From positions 86,447 through 150,446 of the forward strand of contig CAWCDX010000007.1 in NCBI GenBank assembly GCA_963794435.1: a DNA stretch of 64,000 bases, read 5' to 3'. Origin of the DNA: an uncultured Actinomycetota bacterium. GTDB taxonomy: Bacteria > Actinomycetota > Actinomycetes > Propionibacteriales > Nocardioidaceae. Under the pieces are notes generated by a model, which had not been told where the DNA came from, did not search any database, and saw only the letters and a program-made list of their open reading frames with translations. Below, in pieces: positions 8,869 to 17,810 of the stretch. Positions within the stretch are counted from its first letter, which is position 1, and every line of letters starts with the position of its first letter. The translations under genes and the position numbers were made by a program.

Positions 8869-10314
8869 ATGAGCCTCGACCGCGACGCGTTCTTCATCGA
8901 CGGCGGCTGGGCCGTCCCGACCGGCTCGTCCCTGCTGGAGGTGGTCTCGCCACACACCGAGCAGGTGGTGGCCACCGTGCCCGAGGGCACCGTGGCCGAC
9001 ATCGATGCCGCCGTGGCAGCCGCGCGACGCGCGTTCGACGACGGACCGTGGGCGCGGATGTCGCCGGAGGAACGGATCGACGTCGTCCAGGCGTTCTCCA
9101 CCCTCTACGCCGGCCGCCTCGGCGAGATGGCCGACCTGATCACCGCCGAGATGGGCTCGCCGACGTCGTTCAGCAACCTGGCCCAGTCGCCGGCTCCGTG
9201 GATGCAGATCGAGGCGTTCCTCGCGATTGCGCGCGAATTCCCGTGGGAGCAGCAGCGTCCCGGCGCGCTGGGTGCCCCGGTCGTCGTACGCCGCGAACCG
9301 GTGGGAGTGGTCGCCGCCATCGCCCCGTGGAACGTCCCGCAGTTCACGATCATGTCCAAGCTGGTGCCGGCTCTGCTCGCCGGCTGCTCGATCGTGGTGA
9401 AGCCGGCGCCGGAGACGCCACTCGACGGGTACCTGCTCGCCGAGCTGCTGCAGGAGGCCGGCGTACCCGGGGGCGTGGTGAACATCGTCGCCGCCGGGCG
9501 CGAGGTGGGGGAGCACCTCGTCGCCCATCCCGGTGTGGACAAGGTGGCCTTCACCGGCTCGACTGCGGCGGGCCGGCGCATCGCTGCCGTCTGCGGCGAG
9601 CAGCTCAAGCGCGTCAGCCTCGAGCTGGGCGGCAAGTCCGCGGCCATCGTCCTCGACGACGCCGACCTCTCCGCCGCCATGGAGGGGCTGAAGTTCACCG
9701 CCCTGATGAACAGCGGCCAGGCCTGCGTCGCGCAGACCCGCATCCTGGCCTCACGCGCCAACTACGACGCCGTCGTGGACGCGCTCGCCTCGGCCGTCGG
9801 CCAGATGCAGGTGGGCGACCCGGCGGATCCGGCCACCGAGATCGGCCCGATGGTGGCGCGGCGACAGCAGGAGCGGGTGGAGAAGTACATCGCCCTCGGC
9901 CAGGAGGAGGGCGCCCGCGTCGTCCTCGGTGGCACCGGGATGCCTGCCGGGCTCGACCACGGGTGGTACGTGCGGCCCACCGTCTTCGCCGACGTCGACA
10001 ACAGGATGCGGATCGCCCAGGAGGAGATCTTCGGCCCGGTCCTCTCGGTGATCCCCTACGACGACGTCGACGACGCCGTCCGCATCGCCAACGAGTCCGA
10101 CTACGGACTGGCCGGCACCGTCTGGACCGGCGACCGTGAGGCGGGACTCGACGTGGCCCGGCGGGTGCGCACCGGCACCTACGGCGTGAACACCTACACG
10201 ATGGACTTCGCGGCCCCCTTCGGCGGCTACAAGGCCTCCGGCATCGGTCGGGAGTTCGGCCCCGAGGGCCTCTCTGCCTACACCGAGGTCAAGTCGATCT
10301 ACCTCGAGGCCTGA
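8869..10314 (+). CDS. Aldehyde dehydrogenase
   Basis: PWN, FTGS, LELGGKS (catalytic Glu), NSGQAC (catalytic Cys), EEIFGPV, PFGGYKASG. Confidence 0.95.
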   Translation: MSLDRDAFFIDGGWAVPTGSSLLEVVSPHTEQVVATVPEGTVADIDAAVAAARRAFDDGPWARMSPEERIDVVQAFSTLYAGRLGEMADLITAEMGSPTSFSNLAQSPAPWMQIEAFLAIAREFPWEQQRPGALGAPVVVRREPVGVVAAIAPWNVPQFTIMSKLVPALLAGCSIVVKPAPETPLDGYLLAELLQEAGVPGGVVNIVAAGREVGEHLVAHPGVDKVAFTGSTAAGRRIAAVCGEQLKRVSLELGGKSAAIVLDDADLSAAMEGLKFTALMNSGQACVAQTRILASRANYDAVVDALASAVGQMQVGDPADPATEIGPMVARRQQERVEKYIALGQEEGARVVLGGTGMPAGLDHGWYVRPTVFADVDNRMRIAQEEIFGPVLSVIPYDDVDDAVRIANESDYGLAGTVWTGDREAGLDVARRVRTGTYGVNTYTMDFAAPFGGYKASGIGREFGPEGLSAYTEVKSIYLEA

Positions 10315-10542
10315 GCCTGGCTCGGATCCGGGGGCTACCAGGCCTCGGGCATCGGTCGGGAGTTCGGACCCGAGGGCCTCTCTGCCTACACCGAGGTCAA
10401 GTCGATCTACCTCGAGGCCTGAGCCTGGCTCGGATCCGGGGGCTACCAGGCCTCCGGCATCGGTCGGGAGTTCGGACCCGAGGGCCTCTCTGCCTACACC
10501 GAGGTCAAGTCGATCTACCTCGAGGCCTGAGCCTGGCTCGGA
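10225..10542 (+). repeat. Tandem triplication (108-bp period) of the aldehyde dehydrogenase 3' end including its stop codon
   Basis: TGA recurs at 10312, 10420 and 10528; GGCTAC at 10225, 10333 and 10441. Confidence 0.95.
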
Positions 10543-10578
10543 GGTCGCGACACTCCACGGCCCGGCTCGAGCACCGCG

Positions 10579-11553
10579 TCACACCGGTGCTTGCAGCAGC
10601 CAGAGCTCGTGGTCGGCGATGAACCACAGGGCCGTCCCGACGCGGGCAGCCTGGACCCGCTCGCCGGGCAGGTCGAGCTTGCGCCACTCGCTCGAGAAGA
10701 GCCGCCACACCTGGATCCCCTGGCGCGCCTGCACCACGACGAGCAGCCCGTCGGCGGCCGGCATCGTCCACCCTGCCGGCGACGTGAGGGGCGGTGGCCT
10801 GCCGGAGGGCCCGCGCGCGACCAGGACCGTAGGTCCTGCCGGATCCAGCTGAGCAGGAGGTGCCGGCAGCGTGCGTCCGTTGGCGTCGAGGACCACGGGA
10901 CGTCCTTCGTGGTGCCCCGCGATGAGCAGATCGCCACGTCCGCTGATGTCGGTGAACCCGGTGACCTCCGCCTCGGGCACGATCTCCCGGGTTCCGTGCA
11001 GGTCGATCAGCCACGCTGAGGCTCGCGGTGCCGAGTCTCCCTCGCGGAGGTCGCCGGCCAGGAGCAGGGACACCTCCTCCTGGTGCACCACGAGCGGTGC
11101 GTCTGGTGAGGCCAACCTGAGACCGTCGGACGGGGACAACCATCCCTCCCCCTCCGGGTCCACCCCACGCAGCCAGCCCTGGGCATCCATCACCACGTAG
11201 CCCGGATCCTCGCTGCCGCAGGTGACCCACGCGCGTGTCGCGGAGCGCGTGTACTGGTCGTCGATCGCGCGACCCTGGAGCCGCGACCCGGACCCGTCGG
11301 GCAGGCTGACGCCGTACAGCCGCACGTGGTCGCCGTCCTGGGTCGTGGCCAGGGTCTCCTCGGACCCGGCGACAGAGGTCGTCACCCCGCTGCCCGGCAG
11401 CAGGACCGGGAACAGCCTGCCGCCGCCCTCTGCGATCGAGGCCAGGTACGGCGATCCGTCACGAGAACCGAACGCGGTGAGCTCGGCCCCCCAGGTGTGC
11501 GCCAGTCCGACGAGGTGGGCACCACGCGTCTCCACCCGCTCGGACGTGACCAC
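10579..11553 (-). CDS. Hypothetical protein (beta-strand rich)
   Basis: 324-aa ORF filling the gap; TAGGGT -10-like hexamer 6 nt before GTG (leaderless). Confidence 0.6.
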   Translation of the reverse strand: MVTSERVETRGAHLVGLAHTWGAELTAFGSRDGSPYLASIAEGGGRLFPVLLPGSGVTTSVAGSEETLATTQDGDHVRLYGVSLPDGSGSRLQGRAIDDQYTRSATRAWVTCGSEDPGYVVMDAQGWLRGVDPEGEGWLSPSDGLRLASPDAPLVVHQEEVSLLLAGDLREGDSAPRASAWLIDLHGTREIVPEAEVTGFTDISGRGDLLIAGHHEGRPVVLDANGRTLPAPPAQLDPAGPTVLVARGPSGRPPPLTSPAGWTMPAADGLLVVVQARQGIQVWRLFSSEWRKLDLPGERVQAARVGTALWFIADHELWLLQAPV

Positions 11554-11625
11554 GCCGACACCCTACGGAGGGAGCACTCCATGACTGCTGCGACCCGCAA
11601 CGGCTCGGACACTGCAGAATGAAGC

Positions 11626-12924
11626 GTGGTGCAGTGGTGGCGCGGCTTCTTCTCGCGGGAGCTGGCACGGGTACGTCGCGACGGCCGTGCCTCCGTGCTC
11701 TGGTCGTGCCGCGTCACCGTCGCGGCGACGGCCAGCTACGTCGTGGCCTCCTTGTTCTTCCCCGGGACGCAGCCGCTGCTGGCGCCACTGACCGCGATGC
11801 TGGTCGTCCAGGTGACGCCCCTCTCGCTGCTCGCCAGCGGGCTCGACCGGGTCGTCGCAGTCGTGGCCGGCGTGGCGCTTGCCGTCGCGTTCGCGGCCGT
11901 CGTCCCGCTGGAGTGGTGGAGTCTCGGCGTACTCATCCTGATCTCCATCACCATCGGCCAGTTCCTGCGCCTGCGCTCCAACCTCGTCGAGGTGGCGATC
12001 AGCGCCATGCTCGTCCTCGGCGTCGGGGCCATCGGCGCGGAGGCGGCTGCGTGGCAGCGGATCGCCGAGACGCTGGTCGGCGCGGCGGTGGGCGTCATCG
12101 CCACGCTCGTCTTCCCGCCGAAGGTCGCCAGCTCGGACGCCGGACGGGCGATCGAGGGCCTGGCCGACGCAGTCAGCGAGCTGCTGGTCCGGGCGGCCGG
12201 GGAGCTCGACGCCATGGTCGAGGGGGAACCGCAGCGCCTGCCGGGCGCTGCCCGGGAGTGGCTCGACGACGCCCGGCGCATCACCCACGACATTCCAGTC
12301 GTGGGTGCCGCCCTGCTGCGGGCAGAGGAAGGACGACGCCTGAACCTGCGCGCCGTCCGCAGCGCGCACGTCGAGCCCGGCCTCCGGCAGGGCCTCGAGG
12401 CGCTCGAGCACACGGCGGTCGCGATCCGTGGCCTGATGCGGTCGGTGGCCGACGCCTCGGACGGCGACTGGCTGGAGGAGGACTCCGCGAGCCGCGTGCT
12501 CGGCGACCTGGCCGAGACCTTCCGCACCCTGGCGGCCGGCGCCGACGCCTTCGGCGAGCTGGTCCGTCACGAGGGCGACGTGCAGGTCAGCCTGAGCCGG
12601 GCCGACATCGACCGTCTCCAGGAGGCCCAGGACGGCATGCTCCGATCGCGCGACCGACTCGACGAGGCCTTGCGCGAAGCCGGCTCCGCCGACGTGGTCG
12701 AGCTGTACGCCGCCACCCGTGCCACGCTCCGCCGGCTCCAGCACGAGCTGGCCCTGGACGAGCGGGTACGCCGCCAGCTCCGCCTGCTCCCGCAGCGCCA
12801 CCTGCCCCGCCGCCCCGGCGTACGTCGCCGACCAGCCGGTGAGGTCACCCCGTCCGCCGGCCCCGACGAGGACACCCAGGTGCTGCCGCGGATCCCTGAC
12901 GAGCCCCCGGAAGAAGCTCCCTGA
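11626..12924 (+). CDS. FUSC / aromatic acid exporter (ArAE) family membrane protein
   Basis: 'PLLAPLTAMLVVQVT', 'EVAISAMLVL', 'RIAETLVG' TM domain followed by a helical cytoplasmic domain. Confidence 0.8.
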   Translation: MVQWWRGFFSRELARVRRDGRASVLWSCRVTVAATASYVVASLFFPGTQPLLAPLTAMLVVQVTPLSLLASGLDRVVAVVAGVALAVAFAAVVPLEWWSLGVLILISITIGQFLRLRSNLVEVAISAMLVLGVGAIGAEAAAWQRIAETLVGAAVGVIATLVFPPKVASSDAGRAIEGLADAVSELLVRAAGELDAMVEGEPQRLPGAAREWLDDARRITHDIPVVGAALLRAEEGRRLNLRAVRSAHVEPGLRQGLEALEHTAVAIRGLMRSVADASDGDWLEEDSASRVLGDLAETFRTLAAGADAFGELVRHEGDVQVSLSRADIDRLQEAQDGMLRSRDRLDEALREAGSADVVELYAATRATLRRLQHELALDERVRRQLRLLPQRHLPRRPGVRRRPAGEVTPSAGPDEDTQVLPRIPDEPPEEAP

Positions 12925-12973
12925 CGCGCGTCCTGTCTGCGGCCCCCGTGCGGCCCCGGTGCGGCCCTGGCTG

Positions 12974-13720
12974 CTAGCTGAGCTTGCCGCCACCGATCGC
13001 GGCCTCGATCGCCTGGTTGACGGTCTCGACCACCCGCAACCGCGCGAATCGCTTCGAGTCGCCCTCGATGAGGTGCCACGGCGCCTGCGTCGTGCTCGTC
13101 CGCTCGAGCATGTCCTCGACCGCCTCGGCGTAGGCATCGCGCTTCTTCCGGTTGCGCAGGTCCTCGTCGGTGAGCTTCCACGACTTCAGCGGGTCGTCCT
13201 TCCGGGCCTCGAATCGCCGCAGCTGCTCCTCGTCGGAGATGTGGATCCAGAACTTCACCAGGATGGTGCCCTCGGCGACCAGCATCGACTCGAACTCGCG
13301 GATCTCCGTGTAGGCGCGCTCCCACGCGTCGTCGTCGGCAAATCCCTCGACGCGCTCGACCAGCACCCGCCCGTACCAGGAGCGGTCGAAGACGGCCATG
13401 CCTCCCCACCCCGGCAGCACAGGCCAGAAGCGCCACAGCCAGTGGTGCCGCTGCTCGTCGTCGGTGGGAGCGGAGAACGCGCGGACGCGGACGTGGCGGG
13501 GGTCGAGCTTCTTGACCAGCCGCTTGATCGCGCCGCCCTTGCCGGAGGCGTCCCAGCCCTCGAAGACCACGCACACCGGCGGCCCGATGCCTTCGCCCCC
13601 GACGAGACCAGCGAGCCGCAGCCGCAGGGCCAGCAGCCTGCGCTGCTCCGCGCCCAGTCGCTTCTTGGCCTCCTTCTTGGGCAGGGACAGGGTGAGGTCG
13701 AGCTCATCGAGTCGTCCCAC
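12974..13720 (-). CDS. ppk2: Polyphosphate kinase 2 family protein
   Basis: Walker A EGWDASGKGG, Walker B FDRSWY, lid EQLRRF..R. Confidence 0.9.
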   Translation of the reverse strand: MGRLDELDLTLSLPKKEAKKRLGAEQRRLLALRLRLAGLVGGEGIGPPVCVVFEGWDASGKGGAIKRLVKKLDPRHVRVRAFSAPTDDEQRHHWLWRFWPVLPGWGGMAVFDRSWYGRVLVERVEGFADDDAWERAYTEIREFESMLVAEGTILVKFWIHISDEEQLRRFEARKDDPLKSWKLTDEDLRNRKKRDAYAEAVEDMLERTSTTQAPWHLIEGDSKRFARLRVVETVNQAIEAAIGGGKLS

Positions 13721-14112
13721 TAGAACGCCTCTCCCCGGCGCCAGGCCATCTCCTGCAGCTCGAAGGAGTTGCCGTCGGGGTCGGAGAAGTCCGCGCCCTT
13801 GACGCCGCCGCCGAAGTCCTTGACCTCGCTGACCTCCACCCCGCGGCGGACGAGCTCGGCCCGCGCCTCGGCGATGTCCGGCACCGCCAGGTGCAGGCCC
13901 CGGATGCTTCCCGGTTCGCCGGCGTACACGTCCAGACCGGTCCCGACCCCGAGCGAGCAGCCCGAACCCTCCGGCGTGAACTGGACGACCCGGACGCCCT
14001 CGCTGGGTTGCACGTCGAAGTCCTTGGTGAAGCCGAGCGTGTCGGTGTAGAAGGCGATGGCGCGGTCCACGTCCGAGACCGGCAGCGGGATCAGTTCCAG
14101 CTTCATCTGCAT
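13720..14112 (-). CDS. VOC (glyoxalase-like) family protein
   Basis: 'PVSDVDRAIAFY...LGF', 'FSDPDGNSFELQE'. Confidence 0.9.
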   Translation of the reverse strand: MQMKLELIPLPVSDVDRAIAFYTDTLGFTKDFDVQPSEGVRVVQFTPEGSGCSLGVGTGLDVYAGEPGSIRGLHLAVPDIAEARAELVRRGVEVSEVKDFGGGVKGADFSDPDGNSFELQEMAWRRGEAF

Positions 14113-14218
14113 CGCAGTCGAGCCCCCTTCAGGCGTCATGGTCTGCTCGATCCTTCCACGTCCCCGGCGGCTACCGGCCGGACCGGCTGCGCAGGGCCCG
14201 GGTGGGTACTGCGGGGTC

Positions 14219-14473
14219 ATGACCGTCTTCATGGCGTGGGCTGCCGCCGAGATCCCGGCGGACCTGCCCGGCCCGTGGCGCGAGCTCCGGGTCGCGGCAC
14301 CGTGCCTGGCCTTCGTGGACAGCGAGGATGGCTTGTCCCGCGTCTACCACGAGCTGAAGTGGTCGCTGCCGGACGGGACCGCCCTGGCCGTCGTGCCTCT
14401 CGAGGTGCCCCCGAAGGCGAAGGGGCTGCTCCCGGGCACCCAGGCCTGGCTCCGCGAGCGCGTGGGCCGGTGA
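14219..14473 (+). CDS. Small hypothetical protein (84 aa)
   Basis: ATG 14219; globular alpha/beta-like sequence with GC-rich third codon positions. Confidence 0.6.
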   Translation: MTVFMAWAAAEIPADLPGPWRELRVAAPCLAFVDSEDGLSRVYHELKWSLPDGTALAVVPLEVPPKAKGLLPGTQAWLRERVGR

Positions 14474-14732
14474 CCCCCCGGTGCCACCATCTCGCGCGTT
14501 CGAGTTGTGTGCGGCTTCGATTGAGGGGATAATCGATCTCGGACAGACCGTCAGCTCGTGACGTCGCCCTGTGCGTGAGCAGAGTCAGTGAGCAGGCCAT
14601 TCGACCTCGTCGGCCGGTCCAAGTCGTTTTCGAAGGCCTCCACCCGGTGGGTGGTGGTCGGGGGATCTGAAGCTCCAGCAGGGAGCGCGTCGGTGACGCG
14701 CACGGGGTCGGGTCCCACCGGAGAGGAGTCTC

Positions 14733-16871
14733 GTGGGTCGAGCAGGCACCCGCACGTCGAACGCTCGTCGTGGTGGACGCAGCAACAACAACCGCGCCCG
14801 CGACAACGAGGGCATCATCCCGGTCCTCGCCCGCACCGTCCGCGAGGTCGAGGGTCGGGTACGCCGCGGCAGCACCCGCGCCTCCGACCACGCCACGTTC
14901 CAGGCGATCGCGCTGCTCGCCCGCGAGGAGCGCACCCGGGTCAAGGGCGACAAGAGCCTCGGCGAGGCCCACGTCGCTGAGCAGCTCAAGCGGCTCGACG
15001 GCATCGGCACGATCCTGGCCACCACCGCGGCGGTGAACCCGGCGTTCTTCGACCTCCTCGCCGACGACGCCGTCATCTCCGCCGAGACCGCGGCGACCAA
15101 GCGCCAGATGCAGGCGGCAGCCGGCATGGCGCCGGAGCCCGAGCACACCAGCGACACCCCCGACTCTGCCCTGGCCGCCGAGGGAGAGCGGCGCGTCGTG
15201 CCGCAGTCCGTGATGTCGCGCAAGCTGGCCAGCCCGTTCCTGGCCCCCGACTTCTCCGGGGCCACCCCCCGACGTACCGGGTCCGGGGCACTCGCGAGCT
15301 GGGAGCTGCTCGGGCCGCTCTTCCGCTCCTTCGAGGAGGCCTCCGGCGGGGTCTCCTCCTGCATGGAGCTGCCGGAGCCGACCAGTCTCACCGCGCCGGG
15401 AAAGCTCGAGCTGATGAAGCACCAGGCCGAGGTCGTCGCCGCGGCGAAGGCCGGCCACCGGACCTTTCTGCTCGCCGACGAGCCTGGTCTGGGCAAGACG
15501 GCCCAGGCGCTGCTCGCCGCGCAAGCCGCGGACGCCTTCCCGCTGCTGGCGGTCGTCCCCAACGTGGTGAAGATGAACTGGGCCCACGAGGCGGGCCTGT
15601 GGACCCCGCGCCGCCGCGCGACGGTGATCCACGGCGACGGGCACGACGTCGACGGCTTCGCCGACATCATCGTGGTCAACTACGAGGTGCTCGACCGGCA
15701 CGCTGAGTGGCTGGGCGACTTCGGCTTCGGCAGCATGGTCGTCGACGAGGCCCACTTCATCAAGAACCGCACCTCGCAGCGCTCCCGGCACGTGCTCCAG
15801 ATCGCCGAGCGGATCCGCGCCCGGCGCAGCCGGCCGCTGCTGATGGCCCTGACCGGCACCCCGCTGATCAACGACATCGAGGACTTCCGTGCCATCTGGC
15901 AGTTCCTCGGGTGGATCGACCAGAAGAAGCCCGGGCCCGCGCTGATGGCCAAGCTCGAGGAGACCGGCCTGACGCCGCTGGACCGTGGGTTCTACCCCGC
16001 CGCCCGCAGCGCGGTCATCGACATGGGCATCGTGCGCCGCCGCAAGGTCGACGTGGCCGCCGACATCCCGGCCCGCCGCATCGCCGACCTCCCGGTGGAG
16101 CTCGATGACGAGGTCGGCCGCTCGATCCGCGACGCCGAGCGCGAGCTCGCCCGTCGTCTGGTCGCCCGCTACGACCGGGTCCTGGCCGCGCGCAGCGCCC
16201 AGAGCGGCGAGACCGTCGAGGGCATCGACCGCGCCCTGGTCCGCCAGGTCGCCACGTGGGAGCGCGACGAGTCCAGCGAGAACGAGTCGAGCGAGGAGAA
16301 CGTCTTCGCGATGGTCCGCCGGATCGGGCAGGCCAAGGCCGGGCTCGCGGCCGACTACGCCGCCCAGCTCGCCCGCAGCGTCGGCAAGGTGGTCTTCTTC
16401 GCCAAGCACATCGACGTGATGGACACCGCCGAGCAGCTCTTCGCCGACCGCGGCCTGAAGAGCTCCTCGATCCGGGGCGACCAGACCACGGCCGTCCGAC
16501 AGCGCAACATCGAGGCCTTCGTCAACGACCCGGACGTCCCCTTGATCGTCTGCTCCCTCACCGCAGCAGGCGTCGGCGTGAACCTCCAGGTCGCCTCCAA
16601 CGTGGTCCTCGCGGAGCTGTCGTGGACCGACGCCGAGCAGACCCAGGCCATCGACCGGGTCCACCGGATCGGGCAGGGCGACCCGGTGACCGCCTGGCGC
16701 GTGATCGCGGCGCAGACCATCGACGCGCGGATCGCCGAGCTCATCGACAGCAAGGCCGGCCTCGCGGCGCGTGCCCTCGACGGCTCCGACGAGGAGGTCA
16801 CCGCCTCGGCCGACGTGCAGCTCGAGGCCCTGGTGGGCCTGCTCACCGACGCGCTCACCGAGCGCGGCTGA
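14733..16871 (+). CDS. SNF2-related DEAD/DEAH-box helicase
   Basis: LADEPGLGKT, DEAH, LTGTPLIN, GVGVNL, QAIDRVHRIGQ; RBS GAGGAG. Confidence 0.92.
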   Translation: MGRAGTRTSNARRGGRSNNNRARDNEGIIPVLARTVREVEGRVRRGSTRASDHATFQAIALLAREERTRVKGDKSLGEAHVAEQLKRLDGIGTILATTAAVNPAFFDLLADDAVISAETAATKRQMQAAAGMAPEPEHTSDTPDSALAAEGERRVVPQSVMSRKLASPFLAPDFSGATPRRTGSGALASWELLGPLFRSFEEASGGVSSCMELPEPTSLTAPGKLELMKHQAEVVAAAKAGHRTFLLADEPGLGKTAQALLAAQAADAFPLLAVVPNVVKMNWAHEAGLWTPRRRATVIHGDGHDVDGFADIIVVNYEVLDRHAEWLGDFGFGSMVVDEAHFIKNRTSQRSRHVLQIAERIRARRSRPLLMALTGTPLINDIEDFRAIWQFLGWIDQKKPGPALMAKLEETGLTPLDRGFYPAARSAVIDMGIVRRRKVDVAADIPARRIADLPVELDDEVGRSIRDAERELARRLVARYDRVLAARSAQSGETVEGIDRALVRQVATWERDESSENESSEENVFAMVRRIGQAKAGLAADYAAQLARSVGKVVFFAKHIDVMDTAEQLFADRGLKSSSIRGDQTTAVRQRNIEAFVNDPDVPLIVCSLTAAGVGVNLQVASNVVLAELSWTDAEQTQAIDRVHRIGQGDPVTAWRVIAAQTIDARIAELIDSKAGLAARALDGSDEEVTASADVQLEALVGLLTDALTERG

Positions 16872-16898
16872 GTCGACGTAGACAGGCGCTGGGTCGAC

Positions 16899-17810
16899 GT
16901 GCAGGTGCTGAGGACGCCCGAGGAGCGCTTCGCCGACCTCCCCGGCTTCGCGCACCAGCCCCGCTACGCCGAGGTCCCCGACGGCGACGACGGCACCCTG
17001 CGGATGGCGTGGGTCGAGGCCGGCCCCGCCGACGGCCCGGTAGCCCTGCTGCTGCACGGCGAGCCGAGCTGGTCCTTTCTGTACCGGCACGTGATCGACG
17101 TCCTCGTGGCTGCTGGCGTGCGGTGCGTGGCGGTGGACCTCGTCGGGTTCGGGCGCTCGGACAAGCCCACCGAGGTGGCCGACCACAGCTACGCCCGGCA
17201 CGTCGAGTGGGTCCGGGCGCTGGCCTTCGACGTCCTCGACCTGAAGGACGTCACCATGGTCGGGCAGGACTGGGGCGGGCTGATCGGGCTGCGGCTCGTC
17301 GCCGAGCACCCGGAGCGCTTCGCCCGCGTCGCCGCGGCCAACACCGGCCTCCCGACCGGCGACTTCGACATGCCGCCGATCTGGTGGCAGTTCCACGACG
17401 CGGTGGCCCACGCCGAGACCTTGGACGTCGGGCGCTTCGTGCAGGCCGGCTGCGTCCGGCCGATGGCCGACGACGTCCGGGCGGCGTACGACGCTCCGTT
17501 CCCGGACGAGACCTACAAGGCTGGCCCGCGGGCGATGCCGGACCTGGTGCCGACCTCGCCGGACGACCCGGCCACGACGGCCAACCGGCTGGCGTGGACC
17601 GCGCTCGGTGCTTGGGAGCGGCCCTTCCTGGTCGCCTTCAGCGACGGCGACCCGATCACGGGCGCGATGGCCCCGATCCTGCGCGAGCACGTGCCCGGGA
17701 CGAGAGGCCTGGAGCACCCGGTGCTCGAGGGCGCCGGTCACTTCCTGCAGGAGGACGCCGGTCCTGAGCTCGGCCAGGTCGTCGCGGCCTTCATGGCCGG
17801 CACTGCCTAG
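16899..17810 (+). CDS. Haloalkane dehalogenase (HLD-I type alpha/beta hydrolase)
   Basis: LHGEPSW, nucleophile elbow GQDWGG, acid FSDGDP, catalytic AGHFLQED. Confidence 0.88.
   Translation: MQVLRTPEERFADLPGFAHQPRYAEVPDGDDGTLRMAWVEAGPADGPVALLLHGEPSWSFLYRHVIDVLVAAGVRCVAVDLVGFGRSDKPTEVADHSYARHVEWVRALAFDVLDLKDVTMVGQDWGGLIGLRLVAEHPERFARVAAANTGLPTGDFDMPPIWWQFHDAVAHAETLDVGRFVQAGCVRPMADDVRAAYDAPFPDETYKAGPRAMPDLVPTSPDDPATTANRLAWTALGAWERPFLVAFSDGDPITGAMAPILREHVPGTRGLEHPVLEGAGHFLQEDAGPELGQVVAAFMAGTA

Noticed and set aside
10312-10530. Selenocysteine or stop read-through giving a repeated ALDH tail
   Set aside because: The frame is preserved, but the TGA is the normal ALDH end and I see no SECIS-like evidence
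10225-10542. CRISPR array or diversity-generating retroelement template
   Set aside because: No unique spacers, no cas or reverse transcriptase gene, and differences are not adenine-specific
12938-12970. Short imperfect tandem TGCGGCCCC(C/G)G x3 between convergent genes
   Set aside because: Low-complexity GC-rich sequence with no evidence of function
14219-16871. Anti-phage defence system around the SNF2 helicase
   Set aside because: No nuclease, methylase or other defence partner nearby; looks like a stand-alone actinobacterial helicase
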